A DNA stretch of 64,000 bases from a virus (Duplodnaviria; Caudoviricetes): the IMG/VR virus record IMGVR_UViG_3300031993_000017; one strand, given 5' to 3'. The notes below the pieces were generated by a model. It saw only the letters and a list, made by a program, of their open reading frames with translations, was not told where the DNA came from and did not search any database. The translations under genes and the position numbers were made by a program. Below, piece after piece: positions 27,419 through 36,868 of this stretch; the first letter of the stretch is position 1, and each line of letters begins with the position of its first letter.

Positions 27419-28912
27419 TTATAGTGTAATTAAACTATTACCTCCATCAGGCGATACGCTCATAAGTTTTGAGTTAGGCTTGGAGGTTTCGTGAATACCT
27501 GACCCGCCAATTATCTTCTGAAGTTGGCGGACAGTAGTGGAAGCAGTAATAGAGCCAGGAACCTCGCTCAAATCTACTCCTACAGCGTTTGCATAAATTC
27601 TTGCATACGCGTTTTGGTATTCTTCTAGTAAAGTATAAGCAGCAGTGAGTTCTTCAGATAATTCGTTGACCTGTGCATCAAAGTTTGATGTGGATGCTTC
27701 AATTTCAGAATGCTTTCTGACGGTTTCATCAAGATCTGATTGAAGCTGAGACAACTCAGAATCACGCTTCTGTAATTCAGACTTAGTAGATGCTATTACA
27801 GCGTCCTTTGAAGATAATTCATCGGACTGTGAAGCAATTACATCATCTTTCTCTGCAAGTTCTGCAGAAAGATCTGAAAGATCCTTTTTCGTAGATGATA
27901 AAATGTCTGACAATTCATGAAGTTCTGATTCTCTATCTCGAAGAAGCTTTTTACTTGCTTCTACTTTTCTCTTATATTTAAGGTTTTGTAATTGAACGGA
28001 ACTTACCCGGTCTTCTAGCTCCTGAATTTCGCTACCAAGTACATCATTTTCTCTAGAAAGATTGTCTATTTGAGCTGCCATTATACGCTTGATAGCTTTG
28101 AGCTTTCTCGAATTCTTTAAACTTCTGTTAGCAAGTAATGTTCTAAGTTGTGCATTCTCTTCCTGATAATGCTTTATGTCTTCACAAGAAGCTAAATACA
28201 ATTCAGTCATTCCGTTCAGTCGATCTTTTACTATATCTGAAGAAGGTGCTTTTGCAGACAAGATGCTTTGCTTTTTCTGCTCAAGTGCTTTGTATTCATC
28301 GGACTGTTTTGCGAAACAAGACTGAACTATCTCTATGGACTGAGAAGTATTAAGTGCGTCAATGTTTTGGTTAACTGCTGCGCAAATCCGACTATATTTC
28401 TTTTGAGATTCTATATCAGAAGAAGCAGCAATTTCTGTAAATGTAGGAATAGACTCAGGGAATGCCGGGAACGACACTAAGTCAAATCCACGGAATACAA
28501 ATGTTTCAGGGTCAACAGAATTGTTAACAATGTCACCTGCACCTCTTACAGAAATTCCAAATGTTACACCTGCATCAATGAAAGCTTTAACAATTTTTCC
28601 TACAGGAGTATCAACAAGATTAAATTTTCCTTGAATCTTTCCGTTGGCGTCGATACTTCCTTCAGTCATCACGATACATGCATGTTCAAAATCCATACAA
28701 TTCGGATCGTCGGGATGCCCTAAGAAACCGATGTACCATCCAAGTTCAATAGCTTGACGATATTCGTCAGAATTAAATACATTCTCCCAAACTTCTGCAG
28801 TTATATCAAGACCGTTCTTGTTTGTGATGTTAGCATCTGCGCACTCACCCTCAAACACACCTAATACAGAAGTCTTTACTCCGGAATTACTTTTGATATC
28901 CTTGTCTCTCAT
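27419..28912 (-). CDS. prohead protease (T4 gp21/assemblin-like fold) fused to a coiled-coil scaffold
   Basis: NKNG, GFLGHP, TPVGKIVK, GISVRGAG, FDLVSFPAF; C-terminal ~330 aa coiled coil. Confidence 0.88.
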   Translation of the reverse strand: MRDKDIKSNSGVKTSVLGVFEGECADANITNKNGLDITAEVWENVFNSDEYRQAIELGWYIGFLGHPDDPNCMDFEHACIVMTEGSIDANGKIQGKFNLVDTPVGKIVKAFIDAGVTFGISVRGAGDIVNNSVDPETFVFRGFDLVSFPAFPESIPTFTEIAASSDIESQKKYSRICAAVNQNIDALNTSQSIEIVQSCFAKQSDEYKALEQKKQSILSAKAPSSDIVKDRLNGMTELYLASCEDIKHYQEENAQLRTLLANRSLKNSRKLKAIKRIMAAQIDNLSRENDVLGSEIQELEDRVSSVQLQNLKYKRKVEASKKLLRDRESELHELSDILSSTKKDLSDLSAELAEKDDVIASQSDELSSKDAVIASTKSELQKRDSELSQLQSDLDETVRKHSEIEASTSNFDAQVNELSEELTAAYTLLEEYQNAYARIYANAVGVDLSEVPGSITASTTVRQLQKIIGGSGIHETSKPNSKLMSVSPDGGNSLITL

Positions 28913-28928
28913 CTTATAACACCTCGTT

Positions 28929-29270
28929 TCAATTTTTTAAGTATCCTTTTACTAATCGAGCAACGCCACCTACTAAAAGTGTTTTTACAAGTTCTTTAAT
29001 AAGACCGGCTTCTACAGCTTCATCAGATGTTTCATTCGCGTATGCGATATCTTCATAAGCAGAATCGTTCAGTTCCGAAATCTCTTCGGCAACATCTTCA
29101 GAAACCTCAATTTCCTTTGCGTCATTAAATGGAATCATGTAAACTGATTCCCCTATCTGAACCTGCAGCCCTTCGGGTGTTTCGCTAACACCTACATCAT
29201 ATGATTGCAGTTCCTCGATTTGAGCGAGTAAATCAAGCAACGCCGCAGGTGTGAAAACTAATTCTTCCAT
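28929..29270 (-). CDS. acidic protein, possible prohead core component
   Basis: Position before protease; acidic body with C-terminal amphipathic helix. Confidence 0.55.
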   Translation of the reverse strand: MEELVFTPAALLDLLAQIEELQSYDVGVSETPEGLQVQIGESVYMIPFNDAKEIEVSEDVAEEISELNDSAYEDIAYANETSDEAVEAGLIKELVKTLLVGGVARLVKGYLKN

Positions 29271-29287
29271 TTATTTGCGTCCTTTCT

Positions 29288-30184
29288 TTATGTAACAGTC
29301 CAAAGAATCGGCATCCGACCAGTTAATCCACCGAAATCATTCAAACCACCTAACTGAATTTTCCAAATGATTTGGACAACTTGATTGATTCCAACACGGA
29401 TGATATTCTTTTTCAATATCTGTCTATTTTCATATGAAGTCATATCCCAATTATCTGAATTAGGTGGTATGATTCTATATCCAGCAAGCAATCCGTTATC
29501 GCCGTTTTCCTGTGTGCTACTCCATACAGAGCTAGACCAAAGCCCTGCTTCTGTAATGAATACATAATCTTTCCCCTCTTCACGGAATTGTCTTAAACCA
29601 CCTGTACTTATCATAGCACTGAATACTACATCAATAGTATGCGGTAATTCCGATTCATTTTCTGGAACAATATCACGATAGGATATTTTTGCACGCGGAA
29701 ATGATACTGAGATCAATTCACAATTTATAGTCTTTGATTGATCAGGTCTGTCTTGAAACATCGGACCGATTCCGGCATACACACGGCCATTGTTATCATC
29801 TAAATCATATCCATCAGCTCCATAACTAGGACAGTGATTCATATACGCTGTGAAATTTTCTTCTTCTGATAATGAACTATCTTCTCCGATTCCAGTAGGT
29901 AGCCCATTGTCATCACAATCCTGACTGTATAATCCCATTGTTCCAAGTGAAATATATTTAGGTACATATTCATTCAACATATGTATACCCTGATTCAGAA
30001 CACCATCACCTATCAGATAATGTGCAATTCCGGTTATCATAGAATTTGTTGCCGCATTGTGACCAACATGTTCTTGAACACATTCCCCGGTAGCACGATC
30101 TAATACTCTTATAGAAACATTATGCTCCATACTGAGTTGTCGTGCAATATTATTTATTTCAGGTCTATAAATCATTGTTGCCAC
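29288..30184 (-). CDS. virion structural protein (baseplate/tail-collar-like)
   Basis: HN..TN...YISLGT...ITEAGL...IIWKI pattern. Confidence 0.55.
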   Translation of the reverse strand: MATMIYRPEINNIARQLSMEHNVSIRVLDRATGECVQEHVGHNAATNSMITGIAHYLIGDGVLNQGIHMLNEYVPKYISLGTMGLYSQDCDDNGLPTGIGEDSSLSEEENFTAYMNHCPSYGADGYDLDDNNGRVYAGIGPMFQDRPDQSKTINCELISVSFPRAKISYRDIVPENESELPHTIDVVFSAMISTGGLRQFREEGKDYVFITEAGLWSSSVWSSTQENGDNGLLAGYRIIPPNSDNWDMTSYENRQILKKNIIRVGINQVVQIIWKIQLGGLNDFGGLTGRMPILWTVT

Positions 30185-30187
30185 TCC

Positions 30188-30481
30188 TTATGGAATTTCA
30201 CATGTTTCAGAATCTTCGTCATGTGTTGTATAAGTTCTTGTTCTATAAGAATGTAATTTTCTGATAACTAAGGAATAACTATCTTCGGATTCGGTGTCAA
30301 TTCGCCTATGCAAATTAGGATCGGTTACGCCGTCCATATCTTTCTGATATTCCTCGGGGTCTGATTCCTGTGTAACAAGCGTTGCTCCCATTTGTGACAC
30401 AGGAACAAGAAAATGATGCACACCGTCAGTAGTAACATATTCAATTGGATCTGCAAAATCATTTATGTTGTAAGCTGACAT
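30188..30481 (-). CDS. hypothetical protein
   Basis: GAGGTG RBS, AACCTT box upstream. Confidence 0.65.
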   Translation of the reverse strand: MSAYNINDFADPIEYVTTDGVHHFLVPVSQMGATLVTQESDPEEYQKDMDGVTDPNLHRRIDTESEDSYSLVIRKLHSYRTRTYTTHDEDSETCEIP

Positions 30482-30526
30482 TCTACCACCTCATTTATGA
30501 TAGTATACAAGGTTTTCCATACAACA

Positions 30527-30571
30527 GGAAAAATCCCCTACTGAGCAGATAACTCAATAGAGGACTTTCCT
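30527..30571 (-). terminator. hairpin/terminator
   Basis: GGAAA.TCC.CTA.TGAG...CTCA.TAG.GGA.TTTCC. Confidence 0.55.
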
Positions 30572-30621
30572 GCACAACAACATTTAGGAAGACCAATCAA
30601 TGCGGTATAAGCGATACTTAA

Positions 30622-31845
30622 TTAGATGAATGAAATCATTCCATTTCCATCAAATTTGATCTCATCAATTTCAGAACTTCCGATAAACAATGTTAATTCA
30701 TTTGCGGAAGATACTTCCTTGATACGACCGTCTTTATACTTGATTGTGATAGAATTATTTTTAGATTCAGTATATCCAACAGTCTGAATATTGTCAATAG
30801 CGGGTCCAACAATCTTTGTAGGTTCTGCAACAATCAGAGCATCTGATTTACTAGACACTCTGAATTTAGAACATACGCTCCGAAATGTAGAAATAGAAAT
30901 ATGATATTTCTTGCAAAATTCTTCGGTACCTCCAGGATATGATTTAGCTTCTTCAATTCGTTCCAATGTCCAAAACCCGTTTGGATTCCTTGTTCTAGTG
31001 TTACAATCTACGCCACGAACATAACAAGCCATCTGATAAGCTTTTTCAGTTGTTCGGTTGTCAGCGCAGAACTGTTTAATTCCGCCGGGGTATGACTTCG
31101 CCTCTTCGATCTTTTCAAGTGACCAGAATTTTGCCTTTCTACCGCGATTAGTGCGTGTACGTTCTCCTACTGGCATAGAAGCTAATCCAAATCTTTTACA
31201 AGCTGCTCTATATCCGCCAACAGCTACATCATTGTCCTTACAGAAATTTTCAGCACCGCCTGGATAATTCTTAGCTTCTTCGATTTTATCAAGTGTCCAA
31301 AATCCTTTTGGAGCTCTGTGTTTAGTTGCGGTGGAAACAGGTAAATCATGCTGTTTAGATTCACTTCGATCAACAGATTCAACGTCAATATCTGAAGCAA
31401 ACTCTGGTACCGCTTCAGTAGAATCAAAAATACCTGCTACATCTTCATCGGTGAGTTCGATAGTATCGTCTACTGTATTAGTAGCAAGTTCGTTCAGTTC
31501 ATTCAGCTCCCGCTTCTTTACTTTCTGACCAGGAAATCCAAATTTCTTGTAGTGGTAAAACATACTATATGATAAGTTATGTTCTTTGCAAAATGAACTT
31601 GCAGAGGGTGCTTTCAACGCCTGCTGAAATAATTCAAATGTCCACATGCTGTTTCCGCGTCCATCTGTTACCTTTGATGCAGAAGAAATATTATGACGGA
31701 AACAATAATTCTGATAAGATTCAAACGTAACTTCATGTTTATCACAATACCTACGAACACCTGTAGGATAATGTTTTGCTTCACTGACTCGTTTCTTGTT
31801 CCAAAATCCTGATCTTGCCATATCGTTTTCTCCGGAGATTATCAA
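30622..31845 (-). CDS. protein with five ~42-aa HTH-like repeats
   Basis: FWxxxxIEEAKxYPGGxxxFC repeats. Confidence 0.75.
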   Translation of the reverse strand: MIISGENDMARSGFWNKKRVSEAKHYPTGVRRYCDKHEVTFESYQNYCFRHNISSASKVTDGRGNSMWTFELFQQALKAPSASSFCKEHNLSYSMFYHYKKFGFPGQKVKKRELNELNELATNTVDDTIELTDEDVAGIFDSTEAVPEFASDIDVESVDRSESKQHDLPVSTATKHRAPKGFWTLDKIEEAKNYPGGAENFCKDNDVAVGGYRAACKRFGLASMPVGERTRTNRGRKAKFWSLEKIEEAKSYPGGIKQFCADNRTTEKAYQMACYVRGVDCNTRTRNPNGFWTLERIEEAKSYPGGTEEFCKKYHISISTFRSVCSKFRVSSKSDALIVAEPTKIVGPAIDNIQTVGYTESKNNSITIKYKDGRIKEVSSANELTLFIGSSEIDEIKFDGNGMISFI

Positions 31846-31853
31846 TTCTTAAA

Positions 31854-32261
31854 TCATGCTTCGCATTCCCATTCGTTCAGATTCAATTCAATTCTGTTAC
31901 TAAGGGCATCAATGCTACTTGTATTCTTTCCATCACTTTCACATTGGCGTTTGAACTGCTTCAATGCAACATCTAAGATCTTCAATTCATTTGTAGAAAC
32001 CCGCAAATCATGAACCTCATTACTGTTCTCCATTCGTTTCACCTTTCTAGACATCCACCAAGCTACATCATTTTGATATCTAAGCTCACTTGCAAGTGCG
32101 TCTAAGTTAACTTTCACATCAGCAATTCTTTCCGCCAGAGCTTCACAGGTACTAGGAGATGCTCCGCTTTTCTTAAGCTCGATGATTTTACTAGAACACT
32201 GACACATCGATTCAATGCTATCAATGATATCAAAATACAGTTTGTTTTCGTCCATTTGCAC
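31854..32261 (-). CDS. hypothetical protein
   Basis: ORF, GAGG RBS. Confidence 0.65.
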   Translation of the reverse strand: MQMDENKLYFDIIDSIESMCQCSSKIIELKKSGASPSTCEALAERIADVKVNLDALASELRYQNDVAWWMSRKVKRMENSNEVHDLRVSTNELKILDVALKQFKRQCESDGKNTSSIDALSNRIELNLNEWECEA

Positions 32262-32322
32262 TACCTCTTTACAAAATGTTTAAATTCCTACAATTTATCT
32301 TAACGATCCTATAAGATTAAAA

Positions 32323-32799
32323 TCATCCATTTTCTAAAAGTTCTTTGAATAATTCAATAGAGCAGATATAAACATTAGAATATGGATCAAATCCAGATAC
32401 TACATAAATAGTGGAAGTTGATATGGTTTTTGGATTAACATGTATGTTCACAGATGTTGGTTCAAATGTTACAAGTTCATGAGTACTCAAACTGTCAAAT
32501 TGATACTTGAAAACAACAAATGTATTTGAAATATCTTGAGTACCGTCATCTACGATCAAAACGGGGTTTCTGTGATGAAATACAGATTCATCTGAGATTT
32601 TTATCCAATGATTTTTATTGAATACAACAGAGGGCTGTTTCGACACATGTGTTTTACACTCGCCTAACCATGATGAGGATATAACATCTCCATAATGAAA
32701 ATCTCTAGCCCCGCTTCCAACTACAGTTTTCCATCCGAGGTACTTAGCTACCATTGACTCTTGTTTACTACTGTAATCTTTAGTTGCCATCGCCATCAT
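32323..32799 (-). CDS. PD-(D/E)XK nuclease, Holliday junction resolvase-like
   Basis: QE..VAK...GSGA...GDV...GECKT. Confidence 0.7.
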   Translation of the reverse strand: MMAMATKDYSSKQESMVAKYLGWKTVVGSGARDFHYGDVISSSWLGECKTHVSKQPSVVFNKNHWIKISDESVFHHRNPVLIVDDGTQDISNTFVVFKYQFDSLSTHELVTFEPTSVNIHVNPKTISTSTIYVVSGFDPYSNVYICSIELFKELLENG

Positions 32800-33043
32800 C
32801 CTCTAAAATAACAGTTTTGTTATCCTCAGACCATTGTGAATGCTCTAAGATATATTCATTATTCCCATTCTCATCTTTATCAGTAAGAATGAAGAATTGA
32901 ACATAATCATCTTTCGGTGAGATATTTAAACAAAGTCTGTCATCGACTCCGCAATCTTTCATCGCATCCAAAAGTTGCAGGGACAGATTAAGAACTTTTT
33001 CATGTAACTTCTTGTTGATATTTCTAGTAGTCATATTCATCAT
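32780..33043 (-). CDS. hypothetical protein
   Basis: ORF, GGGAG RBS. Confidence 0.65.
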   Translation of the reverse strand: MMNMTTRNINKKLHEKVLNLSLQLLDAMKDCGVDDRLCLNISPKDDYVQFFILTDKDENGNNEYILEHSQWSEDNKTVILEDDGDGN

Positions 33044-33058
33044 CTCCCATTAAACACA

Positions 33059-33301
33059 CTATTCTTCGTCAGATAGGTAAATAGGAACATTCCCTGCTTG
33101 AATCATATTAGCAAGCTTTGTAAGATATTCAATCGCGGCTTCACGATTCTTAAACTTCCCGATTCTGTAAGTAAACAAATGTGCTGAACCATTCATCTTT
33201 GCATCAATTGCGGTGTATGAGTAATCTGTATCATGAATATCAAAACTGACAATGTATTCGGACATGATGTATGTACCTTGATCCTGACATCCGATTATCA
33301 T
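33059..33301 (-). CDS. hypothetical protein
   Basis: ORF, GGAGGTG RBS. Confidence 0.65.
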   Translation of the reverse strand: MIIGCQDQGTYIMSEYIVSFDIHDTDYSYTAIDAKMNGSAHLFTYRIGKFKNREAAIEYLTKLANMIQAGNVPIYLSDEE

Positions 33302-33302
33302 A

Positions 33303-33497
33303 TCACCACCTCCATTCGTGTAATTTCTTTTCCTTTGATAACTTTTGATAATTCACACCCGTCTTGATCGTATTTGTTGAAAAGTCTAGGATTACACCAT
33401 TCATCAGATCAATCTTCAACCGATGTTTCTGTGCAAATTTAATATCGTACAGAAGTCTTTTGTGCTTCGGCATAAGCAAATATTGTAATCTAGTCAT
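33303..33497 (-). CDS. hypothetical protein (probable start MTRLQY)
   Basis: GGAGG RBS inside the end of the SSB gene. Confidence 0.55.
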   Translation of the reverse strand: MTRLQYLLMPKHKRLLYDIKFAQKHRLKIDLMNGVILDFSTNTIKTGVNYQKLSKEKKLHEWRW

Positions 33498-34026
33498 CTG
33501 AGAAATCCTCCCACGCAGAAGATTTAGTTCCGAGCGGGTCTCCATCTTTTATCTTCATTACATTGTCAAGACTACAAGCGATCCCACAGACACCGGTATC
33601 TTTATTTGCAAATACATAAAAATGAATTGAAACTCTGGCATACACTCCTGAATAAATCTCAGAAGTATCTTCAATAGGATTCTTGTAAATGTCAATCACT
33701 TGGGGCTTACTTCCAGAAGTAGCATTAAGGAAGTAATGACCTACATAAGCTTCGTCCCAATCTCTTTCCTTGTCTCCATCACGAAGTGGATTCTTGATCT
33801 GAGAGAACTCTGGTATGAATCCAAATGCCTTTTCAAGTTTTCCGCTTCCTTCTACATAGGCTTGCCAAATTGCGTCTTGAATCTTTTTGATATCCGGGCT
33901 ATCCTTCGGAATCAGAATCGTTGTAGAATACTTTTCCGGACCACCATTAACGGATTTAGGATACCAAATATTAGCATAACTAAGCCTAGACTGTTTAGAA
34001 GTAATTACTTTTGTCTGATAACTCAT
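33490..34026 (-). CDS. single-stranded DNA-binding protein (DUF2815 / T7 gp2.5-like)
   Basis: RLSYANIW.P, KYS, NPLRDGD, IYSGVYARVS, KIKDGDPLG, acidic tail. Confidence 0.88.
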   Translation of the reverse strand: MSYQTKVITSKQSRLSYANIWYPKSVNGGPEKYSTTILIPKDSPDIKKIQDAIWQAYVEGSGKLEKAFGFIPEFSQIKNPLRDGDKERDWDEAYVGHYFLNATSGSKPQVIDIYKNPIEDTSEIYSGVYARVSIHFYVFANKDTGVCGIACSLDNVMKIKDGDPLGTKSSAWEDFSDD

Positions 34027-34056
34027 AAAATCACCGCCTATATTTTTTTTATAATC

Positions 34057-34992
34057 TTACAAAGTAGTTTCTTCATATGTGTATAAGTACCTAAACCTGT
34101 CACTTCTCTCCGAATCAACAAGACAATCACTGTACCTACGTGCATCTCGCATATCAAGGAAGAAGTGAATTCCGTGTGAACATTCATTCCAACGCTCCTC
34201 GTCAAAGGAATCAGCGTATACCATTTCACCAACTTTATATGTGATTGGTGTGGTGACTTGCTTAAACGTAAAACCATCCATCAGACCTCTTGCACCAACA
34301 TTCAATTCATCTACAGTAGCTTCTGATAGGTCAAGTATGTTATAGATGCCTAAGACAAGTGCTTTATCGCATCTGCATTTCCTACTTGTTGCTGATGTTC
34401 TTTTTGCGTCTTCTGTGATTTTCAGTTTCACAAGATAGTTACCTACACGTTTCCAACCGATGAACTCACCTTCCGATGGGCAAGCCATAGGAACTGATGA
34501 AACATCAAATGCACCACTAAAATTCGCATAATCAAAAATAGTCCCATAATTTATACGACATCCTGTAAATTTAGCACCTCTGCAATCAGCACCGAACAAT
34601 ATCGTACCACATAAATTGGAGTACGACAAATCGATGTTACGTAAGTCACCTCGATACAAGTTACACGACATCAGATTCAGATACCGAAAGTCAATTTCCG
34701 GATGTTCTTCTGCTAACTCTCGGAATGACACACACTGAAATTTATGTTGATAGGAAAGACTGCTTTCAATCCGTCCATACTCACAACCTAACTGCTCACA
34801 TTTCATATCGTAGTAATGCTGAAATGATTCATCAGATATTCGATGACAACGCACATACACAGAAAATTCAGTGTAACTTTTCAATTTAGATAATTCTTCC
34901 TCACCGATCATTTTTAACAGTTCTGTGTGAGCAAGTAAAATTGATACCAAACTTGTCTCTTTGCCACATAATAAAATATTAACGTCATACAT
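34057..34992 (-). CDS. pentapeptide-repeat protein with C-terminal DUF5758-like domain
   Basis: NL..../DL.... pentapeptides; CP.EGEFIGWK...KCRCDKA...ECSHGIHFF. Confidence 0.8.
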   Translation of the reverse strand: MYDVNILLCGKETSLVSILLAHTELLKMIGEEELSKLKSYTEFSVYVRCHRISDESFQHYYDMKCEQLGCEYGRIESSLSYQHKFQCVSFRELAEEHPEIDFRYLNLMSCNLYRGDLRNIDLSYSNLCGTILFGADCRGAKFTGCRINYGTIFDYANFSGAFDVSSVPMACPSEGEFIGWKRVGNYLVKLKITEDAKRTSATSRKCRCDKALVLGIYNILDLSEATVDELNVGARGLMDGFTFKQVTTPITYKVGEMVYADSFDEERWNECSHGIHFFLDMRDARRYSDCLVDSERSDRFRYLYTYEETTL

Positions 34993-35047
34993 ATGATTAC
35001 CTCCTATATCATTCCCTTGAAATATTTACATCGTTCATGAGAAATTC

Positions 35048-36007
35048 TCAGACCGCTTCCTCAGCATAAACAAGTCGGTCTTTATATTGACGTGCCATAC
35101 TGTACTCTGTAAAGAAGTGTATTCCATGTGAACATTCATCCCAACGATCTTCGTCAAAGGAATCGGCATATGCTATTTCATCAACTTTATAAGTTATTGG
35201 TGCTGTGATCTGCTCGAATTTAACACCACCAACCATCAGACCTCTTGCAACAACATTCAATTCATCTAAATCTGCATCCGATCCGTCAAGATTATAAATT
35301 CCTAATACAAATGCTTTGTCACATCTACATTTATAACTTGTCGCAGATGATCTTTTAGCGTCTTCAGGAATTTTCAGTTTAACAAGATAATTTTTTACAC
35401 GCTTCCAACCTATAAACTCACCTGTTTCTGGACAAGCCATTGGTACGAAAGTAACATCAATTGAATGTATAAGATTTGCATATGTGAAATCAGTATAATA
35501 ATCCGTACTGCATCCAGTGAACTTAGCATCGCTGCAATCAGAAGCAAGGAACTTTGTACCACATAAGTTAGAGTATGATAAATCGATACCACGTAGAGCA
35601 CTCACGGATAGATCACTTTTTTCTAAATTCAGATACCGAAAGTCTGTTTCTGGATGATAGGATGCAAACATTGTGAAAGACACTCGCTGCATATTTATAT
35701 TACACAAGCTACGCTCAATCAATCCATATGGTTGACCTAACTGATCGCAAATTGTATCTGCATAGGGAAGAAACTTACCATCTTTCAATACATTAGTTTC
35801 TTGAATGTACTTCTCAAATTCAGCATAACTTGTTATATCATTCAGATCTACATTTTCACCAACCATCTTTAACAGGTCTGTGTGTGCAAGCAGAACATCA
35901 TCTAAATATACTTCTTTACCGCATAGGTAAATGGAGTCTTGTTTACCGCCGCCTAGGTAAATATGGTTATTGTTCATACTATCCACCCCCTCATGACTTG
36001 TTTGCAA
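35048..36007 (-). CDS. pentapeptide-repeat/DUF5758-like protein, tandem paralog
   Basis: Same architecture and high similarity to 34057-34992. Confidence 0.8.
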   Translation of the reverse strand: MQTSHEGVDSMNNNHIYLGGGKQDSIYLCGKEVYLDDVLLAHTDLLKMVGENVDLNDITSYAEFEKYIQETNVLKDGKFLPYADTICDQLGQPYGLIERSLCNINMQRVSFTMFASYHPETDFRYLNLEKSDLSVSALRGIDLSYSNLCGTKFLASDCSDAKFTGCSTDYYTDFTYANLIHSIDVTFVPMACPETGEFIGWKRVKNYLVKLKIPEDAKRSSATSYKCRCDKAFVLGIYNLDGSDADLDELNVVARGLMVGGVKFEQITAPITYKVDEIAYADSFDEDRWDECSHGIHFFTEYSMARQYKDRLVYAEEAV

Positions 36008-36254
36008 TGTACCATACTGCGTAACTCACCGTATCCATAGTATCATAGGTGTTTACAGTAGTAGCATCTTTTACATATCCACTTCTATTGAGTGTAAGTT
36101 CTGATAAGATATAGTCACCTTTTGATAATCTGATCACATTGTAGTAATCATCACCACACTTGAAACTTACACCGGATTTTGTTGCCAATTCATTCTCAAA
36201 GAACTTATTAACTTCATTCAGGCTCTTTCTTGTAAGATCGACATAATTTTTCAT
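35991..36254 (-). CDS. hypothetical protein
   Basis: ORF; both promoter boxes upstream. Confidence 0.65.
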   Translation of the reverse strand: MKNYVDLTRKSLNEVNKFFENELATKSGVSFKCGDDYYNVIRLSKGDYILSELTLNRSGYVKDATTVNTYDTMDTVSYAVWYIANKS

Positions 36255-36327
36255 AAACTTTGCTACTTTGAATTTTATTAGTTGTACTGTATATAACGAT
36301 TGAATTTTGAGAAATAATCAAGGTTAC

Positions 36328-36567
36328 TCAAAAATCTTCATCATATTCATCTTCTTCATCATATTCATCTAAACCAAGCCGTTCATTCACGGCATCAATG
36401 TATCTGTCACACACAGCGATCAAATTGTAGTAATCACCGCTAGTTGCCTCCTTATGCATCTGATCGATTTCTTCTCGGGTAAATTTAGCGTTCCTCATTG
36501 CCCTTGCAGTATACCCCATAATAGCAAATGCGTTTCCGTCAACGCCGATAAGTGTGTAAGCTTTCAT
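36328..36567 (-). CDS. conserved small phage protein (GVDGNAFAIMG motif)
   Basis: AAGGAGG RBS; L.G.DGNAF.I.G...A.SGDY..L motif. Confidence 0.75.
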   Translation of the reverse strand: MKAYTLIGVDGNAFAIMGYTARAMRNAKFTREEIDQMHKEATSGDYYNLIAVCDRYIDAVNERLGLDEYDEEDEYDEDF

Positions 36568-36595
36568 TTTTGTTTCCTCCTTAAATGTGTTTGGT

Positions 36596-36841
36596 TTAGT
36601 TTTCTGTGAACAGCTGATATTCTACAATATCTTCAGGAACATCGCAGTCAAAAAATCTGATATGCATTCCGTTAGAATTGGTGTATTCGACCAATGTTGC
36701 TTCAGCGAAGCTACCATCACGTAATTTAACTGCATAGTTGTTGTTTTCACTATTCCTGTAATCGTACTCTGGCAATCCATTTTCAATTGGAATCCAAGAC
36801 GCCGATGTACTGCTAGCTACTACAGACGTATTTAAGTTCAT
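36596..36841 (-). CDS. small protein with DUF551-like WIP....LP motif
   Basis: GAGGAGG RBS; VVASS leader motif. Confidence 0.6.
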   Translation of the reverse strand: MNLNTSVVASSTSASWIPIENGLPEYDYRNSENNNYAVKLRDGSFAEATLVEYTNSNGMHIRFFDCDVPEDIVEYQLFTEN

Positions 36842-36868
36842 TAGTGTTAGATCCTCCTCAGCATTTAT

